Positions 31,995 through 40,608 of a DNA stretch of 41,179 bases are shown here, piece by piece. The notes under the pieces were generated by a model. That model saw only the letters and a list, made by a program, of their open reading frames with translations, did no database searches and was not told the origin of the DNA. The position numbers and the translations under genes are program-made. Positions within the stretch are counted from its first letter, which is position 1, and each line of letters opens with the position of its first letter. Location: the sequence record DRR723986_1877. One strand, given 5' to 3'.

Positions 31995-33724
31995 CGCACA
32001 CCCCCTTGCCCAGTAGAGTTCTGAATCGTCTTATGGTTCGCAACCATTTCGCGCAGCACATCGTCCTTTGGACCAAACGCGGCCCGCGCACCGGAATCCA
32101 GCACCAACAGCGTATCACATTCCTGAATCGCCGCAGGGCGATGCGCCATGATCAACACCGATTTGCCGTTGGCCTTTAGCGTTTTGATCGCCTGGTTCAG
32201 CGCTTGAGATCCCTGATTATCAAGGTTCGAATTCGGCTCATCCAGAATGACGATCACCGGATCATCAAACAACGCCCGCGCCAGACCAATCCGTTGCATC
32301 TGACCACCAGACAACCGCCCACCACCTGCGGTCAATCGCGTATCATATCCATCAGGCAGGCTGACGATCATGTCATGCGCCGCGGCCATTTTTGCCGCTG
32401 CAATCACCTTCTCTGCGTCTGGCTCTGTGCCAAGTCGCGCAATGTTTTCCGCCAGCGTCCCCTCGAACAGCTGCACCCGCTGCGGCAAATATCCAATGTG
32501 TTGCCCCAGATCGTCGGGGCCATATTGCTCGATCGCGGCCCCATCCAAACGAATGGTGCCCCCCGCAGGACGCCATACCCCGGTCAAAGCCCGTGCTAGG
32601 GTCGATTTACCAGACCCCGATGGCCCGATAACACCCAAGGCTTGGCCCGGCTTGACCTCAAAGCTCAGCGTTTTCAATTGCGCCCGCGTGTCACCTGGCG
32701 GCACAACCGTCAGGGCCTGCACCGACAATTTGGCGGCGGGTTTTGGCAACGCGGTCCGGGGCTGTTCTGGGGGCATTTTACCCAACAGCTCGGACAGGCT
32801 TGTCCACCCTTTCATGGCCCGCTGGGCAACTTGCCATTGGTTAATCATCATTTCGACAGGGGCCAACGCCCGCCCCATCAAAATGGACGAGGCAATCATC
32901 GCCCCCGGCGTCGCCTCGTTCTGCAACACCAAATAAGCCCCTAGACCCAACATGGCGGATTGCAAAAACAACCGTAGTGTTTTTGTCAGCGATGTGAACG
33001 AACCACTGACATCGGTCGCTGCAATCGTTTCAACCAAGGATTCATCGCGGGCAACTTTCCACCGATCAAAGGCCGCTCTGCGCATACCCATCGCCTGAAT
33101 CATCTCGGCCTCAACCCGCAATTCCTGCGATGTGATGGCCGCGCGGTTCGTCGCAATCGACGCTTTTTTCGCAGGCGTTTTTGAAAAGAACTGGTTCAGC
33201 AAGGCGATAACGACCAACACAGCGCCGCCCCCGATAGCCAACATCCCCAACCACGGGTGAAACAGCGTGATCCCAAACAAAAAGATCGGTGTCCAAGGCA
33301 AATCAAATACAGAAGTCAGGACCGGCGACGAAATGAGCCTTTGAATAGATTCCAGATCAGACAACCCGGTCTGCGCATTGGCATCCGGCGCAATGGCCGA
33401 TTGGCGAATCATTGCATCAAACACACGGCGATCCATCGCCGACTGAAACCTCGCGCCTGCGCGCGCCATGATTCTCGCACGGGTGTGATCCAAAACGCCC
33501 ATAACGCCATATAAAAAGACCACCAGCAGTGACAACGCCACCAAGGTTTCTTCGGATCGACTCCCCAACACCCGGTCATAGACCTGCAGCATGTAAAGGG
33601 GGCCGGTCAGCATCAACAGATTGGCAAAAGCACTGAAAACCCCAACAACCCAATACAAATGGCGGCTGTTCCGCCGCGCAGATCGTAATTCTTCTATGCC
33701 ATTTTTGTCGGGAACAGATCTCAT
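31991..33724 (-). CDS. Type I secretion ABC permease/ATPase (PrtD/PrsD-like); alternative GTG at 33739
   Basis: LYMLQVYDRVL, Walker A GPSGSGKST, LSGGQ signature, ILDEPNSNLD. Confidence 0.95.
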   Translation of the reverse strand: MRSVPDKNGIEELRSARRNSRHLYWVVGVFSAFANLLMLTGPLYMLQVYDRVLGSRSEETLVALSLLVVFLYGVMGVLDHTRARIMARAGARFQSAMDRRVFDAMIRQSAIAPDANAQTGLSDLESIQRLISSPVLTSVFDLPWTPIFLFGITLFHPWLGMLAIGGGAVLVVIALLNQFFSKTPAKKASIATNRAAITSQELRVEAEMIQAMGMRRAAFDRWKVARDESLVETIAATDVSGSFTSLTKTLRLFLQSAMLGLGAYLVLQNEATPGAMIASSILMGRALAPVEMMINQWQVAQRAMKGWTSLSELLGKMPPEQPRTALPKPAAKLSVQALTVVPPGDTRAQLKTLSFEVKPGQALGVIGPSGSGKSTLARALTGVWRPAGGTIRLDGAAIEQYGPDDLGQHIGYLPQRVQLFEGTLAENIARLGTEPDAEKVIAAAKMAAAHDMIVSLPDGYDTRLTAGGGRLSGGQMQRIGLARALFDDPVIVILDEPNSNLDNQGSQALNQAIKTLKANGKSVLIMAHRPAAIQECDTLLVLDSGARAAFGPKDDVLREMVANHKTIQNSTGQGGVR

Positions 33725-33912
33725 AAAATTGAATTCCACCTTTTTGCCATGTGCCCATGCTTAAGGTATGCACACCTAAAGATAAAAGACTGCTATCTCG
33801 TGACCATGAATTTTTGAGGCCTGTGTCTGGCATACACAAGCAACCCACGTGGTTTCATGTTTCTATAGGGTCTGATAGTCAGGCGGCACCATGTTAATCG
33901 GATTTGAACTGA

Positions 33913-34695
33913 ATGAGAATTCCCTCAGGAGCACCTGGCCGCGCAATCGCGTTGATCCTCACTATGGGTGTGGCTGCTTGTGCACAGCAAACGCCCGAGC
34001 AAAAAGCCAGCGGCGAAATCTTTGATCCCTACGAAAAGACGAACCGATCCGTCCATTCCTTGAATCGCGGCATCGACAAAGTTTTCTTTCGCCCTGCAGC
34101 CAAAGGCTATGTCAAAATCATCCCAGATCCGATGGTGACCAGCTTTAACTCCTTTGCCGAAAACCTGTCATTGCCGGGACAGACGGTTAATTACCTGCTG
34201 CAAGGCAACTTGCGCGAATCCGGAGTCGCATTGGGCCGGTTCGTGATCAATTCCACAGTTGGATTTGCCGGTTTGGCCGACCCCGCCACTGATTTTGAAC
34301 TGCCGCCCGTGGATACCAATTTTGGCGAAACGCTGCATGTCTGGGGCGTTGGCGAAGGGGCCTATCTCGAATTGCCCCTTTATGGCCCGTCAAACACACG
34401 GGATGCCGTTGGCGTTGTCGCGGATTTCTTCACCAGCCCTCTCAAATTTGCACCGACCAACCCTGTCGACAACATCGGATTCTATGCTGATGTGGTCCGG
34501 CGCATGGGCAACCGGGGCCGATATTCAGATACGGTCGATTCCATTTTGTATGGCAGCGCAGACAGTTACGCCCAAGCGCGCTTGATCTACCTCCAGAATC
34601 GACGCTTTGAACTGGCAGGCGACGACGAGGATGCCTATCTAGAACTTTACTCGGACCCCTATTCAGACCCGTATGAGGACCCTTATGCCGAATAA
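33913..34695 (+). CDS. mlaA: VacJ/MlaA lipoprotein
   Basis: Lipobox VAAC, DPYEKTNR, RFVINSTVGFAGL, FGETLHVWG, LPLYGPSNTRD. Confidence 0.92.
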   Translation: MRIPSGAPGRAIALILTMGVAACAQQTPEQKASGEIFDPYEKTNRSVHSLNRGIDKVFFRPAAKGYVKIIPDPMVTSFNSFAENLSLPGQTVNYLLQGNLRESGVALGRFVINSTVGFAGLADPATDFELPPVDTNFGETLHVWGVGEGAYLELPLYGPSNTRDAVGVVADFFTSPLKFAPTNPVDNIGFYADVVRRMGNRGRYSDTVDSILYGSADSYAQARLIYLQNRRFELAGDDEDAYLELYSDPYSDPYEDPYAE

Positions 34696-35293
34696 TGCCT
34701 TTTCCCGCCGGGCTTTTATAAGCACGTCTCTTGTTGCTGCATCCACGATTGCCCTGCCGTTCCCGGCATTTGCTCTGTCTGAAAGCAGCGCCAAATCGTT
34801 GATTGAATCGGTTGTGACAGACATCAACAAAGTCATCGATTCCGGGAAATCAGAAAACGCCATGCTGCGCGACTTTGAAAAGGTCTTTGTGCGCTATGCG
34901 GACGTGTCAATTATGGCCCGCTATGCCCTAGGTGTTGATGCCCGAAGCGCCAGCAAATCACAGCTCAAAAGCTTTACCAAGGCCTTTCAGGGTTACATCT
35001 CACGCAAATACGGCCGCCGATTCCGGGAATTCATTGGCGGTCAGGTGACCGTTAAAAAGGCACGCAAGATCAAAGCCGGTTACGAAGTTAAGAGCTCTGT
35101 AAAACTCCAAGGTCAAGCACCGTTCAACGTGACCTTTTTGGTGTCGGGCAAATCTGGCAAAGACAAGTTCTACAACATGTATATCGAAGGCGTGAACCTG
35201 CTGCTGACCGAACGCACCGAAATCGGCGCGATGCTGGATCGTCGCAAAGGTGACATCAACAAGCTGACCAAAGATCTGTCCAAGGCTGGGTAA
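34685..35293 (+). CDS. mlaC: MlaC/Ttg2D periplasmic phospholipid-binding protein
   Basis: SRRAF twin-arginine-like leader, MARYALG, NMYIEGVNLL; overlaps the end of mlaA. Confidence 0.85.
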   Translation: MPNNAFSRRAFISTSLVAASTIALPFPAFALSESSAKSLIESVVTDINKVIDSGKSENAMLRDFEKVFVRYADVSIMARYALGVDARSASKSQLKSFTKAFQGYISRKYGRRFREFIGGQVTVKKARKIKAGYEVKSSVKLQGQAPFNVTFLVSGKSGKDKFYNMYIEGVNLLLTERTEIGAMLDRRKGDINKLTKDLSKAG

Positions 35294-35321
35294 TCCCCAA
35301 CCCGAGACCAGACACGATATC

Positions 35322-35348
35322 AAAGGCCCCTATTCAGGGGCCTTTTTT
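35322..35348. terminator. Bidirectional terminator between mlaC and the PBP gene
   Basis: aaaggcccc-tattca-ggggcctttttt. Confidence 0.8.
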
Positions 35349-37545
35349 AGTTCCCGCCAAAAATATCCTTGAGCAGCTTATCGACCGCTTGCCCAAGGTT
35401 CTTCTTCTCTTTCTTGGGCTTTGCTTCAGGCTCTGGTGTCCGGGTTGCAGGCTTGGGCGCGCGCATCGGCAAGGGACGCGGTGTCAAACCTTCGTGCACC
35501 CGGATCATGGTTTCGTGCCAGATTTCCGCAGGCAAACCACCGCCGGTTACCCCCTTGAGTGGGGTGTTGTCGTCATACCCCATCCAGACACCGGCCACAT
35601 AGTCCGCGCTAAACCCAATGAACCACGCATCTCGTGCCGCTTGTGTTGTCCCAGTTTTGCCAGCGATCTGCCAGCCCGGCAGCGCCGCGCGGCGCCCTGA
35701 CCCGTCAGACACAACCTTTTCCATCATCCAAATCAATTGCTGCGCCGCTTCGGCCTGAATGACACGTTCACCGATGCCGCCACCTGCATCCATCAAAGAT
35801 GCATCATCGCCCATCAGTTTCAGCTCAACCAACCCATAGGGTGTTACAGAAGATCCCCCATTCAGGATACCCGCATAGGCCCCAGTCATTTCGATCAAGG
35901 TGCTTTCAGATGCGCCCAATGCCAAAGCCGGGCCAAGGGCCAAATCGCTATCAATGCCAAAATCACTGGCGACCCGGCGCACCAGATCCCGGCCAACAGA
36001 TTCCGACACCTTCACCGCAGGCACGTTCAACGAATCCTTGAGCGCCCGCACCAGTGTCACCTGCCCATAGTATTTGTTGGTGTAATTCTTGGGGCACCAT
36101 TCACCAGACCCCGGAATGTTCTGGCAATACGGCGCATCCATCACCGTATCCAATGGCGAATACCCCAACTCCAATGCCGTGGCATAGACAAAGGGCTTAA
36201 ATGCCGACCCGGTCTGACGCATCGCCTGTGTGGCCCGGTTAAAGGCCCCCGTGACCCGTGTCTGACGCCCCCCGACCATGGCACGCACTGCGCCATCCGC
36301 CGACATCACCACAATCGCAGCCTGCGCCTTGGACCCTTTGCGCACCTTCTCCTGAAACACGAACTGCATCGCCTCTTCGGCCGATGTTTGCAGGCGCTGA
36401 TCCAACGTTGTGCGGATAATCACATCTTCGGTGGTGTTGCGGGTAAAGAATTCGGGCCCGCTCGACATCACCCAATCGGCAAAATACCCCCCCGCGCGCG
36501 CCGCAGCCGCCGCCGACAGCCTGGCCGGATTGTTCCGAGCGCCCTGCGCCTCGGAGGCGGACAGATATCCCTGGTCCTCCATCAAGCCCACGATCACCCG
36601 CGCCCGATCTTGCGAGCGTTTCAGGTTGTTGGTCGGCGCATATCGCGTAGGTGCCACCAACAGGCCTGCCAGCATCGCCGCCTCTGCCGGTCCGACCTCG
36701 GCCGCCGATTTGCCAAAATATCGCTGACTGGCCGCTTCAAAGCCGCGTGCCCCCGCGCCCAAGAACGCCCGGTTGAAATAGATCGTTAGAATGTCGTCCT
36801 TGGAGTATTTGACCTCCATCGCCATCGAATAGATCGCTTCTTTGACCTTGCGCCACAGCGAGCCCTGACGACAATCATCCTCATAGGCTTTCTCAGAATC
36901 CCAAGCCTCCGGGTCGAATGGCACGCCCAGACACAGCAATTTGGCCGTCTGCTGGGTAATCGTAGATCCCCCATGCCCCGACAGCGGGCCACGCCCTTCG
37001 CTCAGGTTGATACGCACGGCACTGGCCACACCGCGCGGACTGATGCCAAAATGGCTGTAAAACCGCCGGTCCTCGGTCGCGACAACAGCATTCTTTAGAT
37101 AGGGGGACACAGTGTCCGTGGTCACAACCCCGCCAAACTGGTCCCCGCGCCAGGCAAATACCTGCCCCTTGCGATCCAACAACGTCACCGAGCCACGCGC
37201 GCGCCCATCCAACAAGGCGCTCAATTCTGGCAGCGTGGAATAAACCAGCCCAACCGCGAGCGCGACCAGCAATCCAACAATCAGGCTGAGCCGCCACGTA
37301 AAGCCCCAAACCAAACCCCAGATCCACGAAAAGAACCGCTTGATCAGGCCAGACAGCCCGCCGCCCGTCTTACGCGGCTTTTTCCCGGCAGGTTTACGCG
37401 CGGCCTTCGCCGCACTCTTTTTCGTGGATGTTTTTTTGGCGGACGCCTTAGTCGATTTCGGACTGGCAGCGGACTTGCCGCGCCCACCAGAAGGGTAGCG
37501 TTTTTCCGCCACCAATGGTGGCTTGCGTCTCTTAGACTCACTCAT
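35347..37545 (-). CDS. Class A penicillin-binding protein (transglycosylase/transpeptidase, PBP1A family)
   Basis: TG motifs EDRRFYSH and GGSTITQQTAK, RKVKE; TP motifs GSAFK (SxxK), SLN, KTG; single TM helix; start at ATG 37545 inferred. Confidence 0.94.
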   Translation of the reverse strand: MSESKRRKPPLVAEKRYPSGGRGKSAASPKSTKASAKKTSTKKSAAKAARKPAGKKPRKTGGGLSGLIKRFFSWIWGLVWGFTWRLSLIVGLLVALAVGLVYSTLPELSALLDGRARGSVTLLDRKGQVFAWRGDQFGGVVTTDTVSPYLKNAVVATEDRRFYSHFGISPRGVASAVRINLSEGRGPLSGHGGSTITQQTAKLLCLGVPFDPEAWDSEKAYEDDCRQGSLWRKVKEAIYSMAMEVKYSKDDILTIYFNRAFLGAGARGFEAASQRYFGKSAAEVGPAEAAMLAGLLVAPTRYAPTNNLKRSQDRARVIVGLMEDQGYLSASEAQGARNNPARLSAAAAARAGGYFADWVMSSGPEFFTRNTTEDVIIRTTLDQRLQTSAEEAMQFVFQEKVRKGSKAQAAIVVMSADGAVRAMVGGRQTRVTGAFNRATQAMRQTGSAFKPFVYATALELGYSPLDTVMDAPYCQNIPGSGEWCPKNYTNKYYGQVTLVRALKDSLNVPAVKVSESVGRDLVRRVASDFGIDSDLALGPALALGASESTLIEMTGAYAGILNGGSSVTPYGLVELKLMGDDASLMDAGGGIGERVIQAEAAQQLIWMMEKVVSDGSGRRAALPGWQIAGKTGTTQAARDAWFIGFSADYVAGVWMGYDDNTPLKGVTGGGLPAEIWHETMIRVHEGLTPRPLPMRAPKPATRTPEPEAKPKKEKKNLGQAVDKLLKDIFGGN

Positions 37546-37639
37546 GCTCAGCACTGCCCGGTCTTTGCTTTTGCCCCACCCTAACGTGATCCTCAGTGGG
37601 TGTTGAGGTGTTAATACCGCCCATTTCCCCTTTCTTTTA

Positions 37640-37685
37640 CGCCCAAAAAACTCGCATCCCACACTTTTTGTGCAAAAATTGTGCG
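37640..37685. promoter_or_regulatory. Tandem NtrC-like binding sites upstream of glnK
   Basis: 17-mers cgccc-aaaaaac-tcgca (37640-37656) and cccac-acttttt-gtgca (37658-37674) resemble TGCAC-N7-GTGCA; location fits the known NtrC control of glnK-amtB. Confidence 0.6.
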
Positions 37686-37803
37686 AATTTCCCTGTTTTG
37701 AGCCATTCTTCCGTTACGCAAGCGTTTCTTAAATATCGGGGGCGGGGCTGAATTGCTGCAACTGCAAACGTCATTGTTGCATACGCAGCACGAAGGGGAC
37801 CCT

Positions 37804-38142
37804 ATGAAACTCATCATTGCGACCATCAAACCATTCAAGCTGGAGGAAGTTCGCGAAGCTCTGACCGACGCAGGCATCCGCGGCATGATGGTGACAGAAA
37901 TAAAGGGCTTTGGCTCACAATCGGGCCATACCGAAATCTATCGCGGCGCTGAATATGCGGTGAACTTTGTCCCGAAAATCAAACTTGAAATCGTCGTGCC
38001 TGCCTCGATGGCCGATCAGATCGTCGAGACGATCTCGTCCACCGCCAAGACCGGCAAGATTGGCGACGGCAAAATCTTTGTCCTCGACGTCGATCAGGCC
38101 GTCCGCGTGCGGACCGGCGAAACCAACGACGACGCGCTTTGA
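37804..38142 (+). CDS. glnK: PII nitrogen regulatory protein
   Basis: IKPFKL, T-loop YRGAEY, TGKIGDGKIFV, RVRTGE; directly upstream of amtB. Confidence 0.95.
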   Translation: MKLIIATIKPFKLEEVREALTDAGIRGMMVTEIKGFGSQSGHTEIYRGAEYAVNFVPKIKLEIVVPASMADQIVETISSTAKTGKIGDGKIFVLDVDQAVRVRTGETNDDAL

Positions 38143-38156
38143 AGGAAACCGAACCT

Positions 38157-39488
38157 ATGACTTTGATGAAAACCCTCACTCCTGCCGCGCTGCTGATCGC
38201 GCTGCCGTCGCTGGGCTTTGCCCAAGACACCGCCGTTGATCCCAACGAGGTCGCCCTGCACACCAAATACATCCTGACCTCGCTGCTGTTCCTGATGGGC
38301 GGGTTCCTTGTGTTCTGGATGGCCGCCGGTTTCGCCATGCTCGAGGCGGGCCTTGTGCGGTCCAAAAACGTGACCATGCAGCTGACCAAGAACATGGCGC
38401 TCTTTTCACTGGCCGCCGTCATGTACTGGCTGGTGGGCTTTAACCTGATGTATCCCGGTGATGGCTGGACCGTGACCGGCATTCTGGGCGCGTTCTCACC
38501 GACTGTGCTTGAAGCGGTTGGTCTGGAAGCCACCGAAACCGACCTCAGCTATGCCTCGGTTGGCTCTGACTTTTTCTTTCAGCTGATGTTCTGCGCCACC
38601 ACCGCGTCCATCGTGTCCGGCACCATGGCCGAGCGTGTGAAACTGTGGCCCTTTCTGCTGTTTGTCGTTGTTTTGACCGGCTTTATCTACCCAATCGAAG
38701 CATCCTGGAAATGGGGCGGCGGCTGGCTTGATGGTCTTGGCTTTAACGACTTTGCGGGCTCGACTCTTGTGCACGCAGCCGGTGGTTTCGCAGCCCTTGC
38801 AGGTGCCATGGTTCTTGGCCCCCGTATCGGCAAATACAACAAAGATGGCCGTGTTGTTCCCATTCCCGGTTCTAATCTGGCACTTGCAACATTAGGCACA
38901 TTCATTCTGTGGCTGGGTTGGTTCGGCTTTAACGGCGCCTCGCAGTTGGCCATGGGCACCATCGGTGACGTCGCTGACATCAGCCGCATCTTTGCCAATA
39001 CCAACATGGCCGCAGCCGCCGGTGCCATCGCCGCGCTGGTCCTGACCCAAGTGATGTTTGGCAAGGCCGACCTGACGATGGTTCTGAACGGCGCGCTGGC
39101 GGGTCTGGTGTCCATCACTGCCGAACCGCTTGCCCCATCCTTGTTCCAAGCGCTGATCATTGGTGCCGTTGGCGGTGTGATCGTGGTCTTTGCCGTCCCA
39201 TTCCTGGACCGGATCAAGATCGACGACGTGGTCGGCGCGATCCCGGTTCACCTGATTGCCGGTCTGTGGGGCACACTAGTTGTGGTCTGGAGCAATTCGG
39301 ACGCCACACTGAGCGCCCAGCTTATCGGGTTCTTCTCAATCGGGCTGTTCGTCTTTGTTGTCAGCTATGTGTTCTTTACCATCATCAAAGCCACCATCGG
39401 CCTGCGGGTGAGTGAAGAAGAAGAGATCAACGGTCTCGACATGGCGGAACTGGGCATGGAAGCGTACCCAGAGTTCTCTAAGGGCTAA
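38157..39488 (+). CDS. amtB: Ammonium transporter
   Basis: GFAMLEAGLVRSKN, FFFQLMF, DFAGSTLVH, LWLGWFGFN, DDVVGAIPVH. Confidence 0.96.
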   Translation: MTLMKTLTPAALLIALPSLGFAQDTAVDPNEVALHTKYILTSLLFLMGGFLVFWMAAGFAMLEAGLVRSKNVTMQLTKNMALFSLAAVMYWLVGFNLMYPGDGWTVTGILGAFSPTVLEAVGLEATETDLSYASVGSDFFFQLMFCATTASIVSGTMAERVKLWPFLLFVVVLTGFIYPIEASWKWGGGWLDGLGFNDFAGSTLVHAAGGFAALAGAMVLGPRIGKYNKDGRVVPIPGSNLALATLGTFILWLGWFGFNGASQLAMGTIGDVADISRIFANTNMAAAAGAIAALVLTQVMFGKADLTMVLNGALAGLVSITAEPLAPSLFQALIIGAVGGVIVVFAVPFLDRIKIDDVVGAIPVHLIAGLWGTLVVVWSNSDATLSAQLIGFFSIGLFVFVVSYVFFTIIKATIGLRVSEEEEINGLDMAELGMEAYPEFSKG

Positions 39489-39509
39489 GAAACACACAAA
39501 ATCCAAACT

Positions 39510-39537
39510 AAGGCCCGGGCATCTGTCCGGGCCTTTT
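39510..39537 (+). terminator. Intrinsic terminator after amtB
   Basis: aaggcccgg-gcatctgt-ccgggcctttt. Confidence 0.8.
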
Positions 39538-39562
39538 CACATTTGAAACCCGGCCTGATACA

Positions 39563-39784
39563 TGACGCGGTGCAGCAGATTCGCGAGGCTAAATTCAGGG
39601 GTAACGGGGCGTACGCAGGGGTAACCGCCGCAGTGCAGCACGTTTCATACCGCCCACCCGCCTGAGTCGATGCCCCGGTTTGGGGAGTTTGACCGTCATT
39701 CCGTACGATCCCGACTTGCTAAACCTGCGGATTTTGCATTGGCAATTTTAGGGTTTGGGGAGTTCGTAGGTGATTTTGTACGAT
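39563..39784. repeat. Cluster of short direct-repeat pairs in the amtB-CHAP intergenic region
   Basis: gtgcagca x2 (63 bp apart), caggggtaac x2 (20 bp apart), ggtttggggagtt-N13-gtacgat x2 (75 bp apart). Confidence 0.7.
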
Positions 39785-39892
39785 TGCGCCCAATCGCCAA
39801 AGACACCGGTTAACGCGCCCAAAATTTGAGCGGTTTTTGTGAAAAATTCTATGCCCGTTTTGGCCACGACACGCCCATCTGGCGGCGGACGG

Positions 39893-40402
39893 TTACCCGC
39901 CAACAGCCGGATAGATAAACCCATTCACCGGGTAGGCTTTGCCATAATGGCCGGGGCGGCTTTCGACCTGGACCCGTGACCAATCGTTGTTTTTGGAGAC
40001 GTCTTTGACACCCATCTTGAGTGACACCTTGTTGCGGTTCCAGTTGGCGTGATTGATGATGAGTTCCCGGTCGCTGATAACATCAGACACCACCGCCACA
40101 TGACCCAAGGGCATCCCGCCTGTCGACCGGAACGACATGACAGACCCCACTTCAGGTTCCGCGCCACGGTCATAGAAATTGCCCGCCTGCCCCCACCATG
40201 TGTGGGCATTACCGCGAATTTGAATGCCGCTTAGGTTTCGCGCATAGGGAACGCACCAGACACGGTGCCCACGGGCCTGTTTTTGTTTGACCTCAAGCAG
40301 CGCCATCGACTGGCGTTCTGGATCGATCGTCGGCAACGTCGGACTTTGCGCACAGGCCGATATGAGGCTGAACAGCCCCAACGCAACCGCAGTTCGGGCC
40401 AT
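39893..40402 (-). CDS. CHAP-domain lipoprotein (putative peptidoglycan amidase/peptidase); start uncertain, TTG at 40453 possible
   Basis: Lipobox ISAC, WCVPYAR, GNAHTWW, GHVAVV, HANW, GFIY. Confidence 0.9.
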   Translation of the reverse strand: MARTAVALGLFSLISACAQSPTLPTIDPERQSMALLEVKQKQARGHRVWCVPYARNLSGIQIRGNAHTWWGQAGNFYDRGAEPEVGSVMSFRSTGGMPLGHVAVVSDVISDRELIINHANWNRNKVSLKMGVKDVSKNNDWSRVQVESRPGHYGKAYPVNGFIYPAVGG

Positions 40403-40551
40403 GCGGGGTAAACGCGGAGAGATCTTAGTCGGGGTGCGGATGTCGTTTTGCAAGGAACGTCACAGTCTATTCAGAATCATGCGAGACCTTAAGGTGAACC
40501 AATCTTAAATGAAAAGACGCGGATCATGTCCCGGCAAGAATCTGCCAAAAC

Positions 40552-40585
40552 AAAAGCCGCCCACAAAGATGCGAGCGGCTTTTTT
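40552..40585. terminator. Terminator downstream of the aminotransferase gene
   Basis: aaaagccgc...gcggctttttt. Confidence 0.75.
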
Positions 40586-40608
40586 GATTAATTTCTGTGG
40601 CTTAAGGC

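Noticed and set aside
35737..36789. 350-aa plus-strand ORF
   Set aside because: Antisense shadow of the PBP gene
39595..39699. 34-codon minus-strand ORF (MTVKLPKPGHRLRRVGGMKRAALRRLPLRTPRYP)
   Set aside because: No convincing SD or recognisable motif; length expected by chance; would need Ribo-seq
39677..39784. Mini-CRISPR reading of the 33-bp repeat plus 42-bp spacer
   Set aside because: Only two copies, 26/33 identity, no cas genes or leader in the window
40490..40510. Full CtrA box upstream of the CHAP gene
   Set aside because: TTAA half-sites are present but the spacing does not match TTAA-N7-TTAA, so it is not called as a feature
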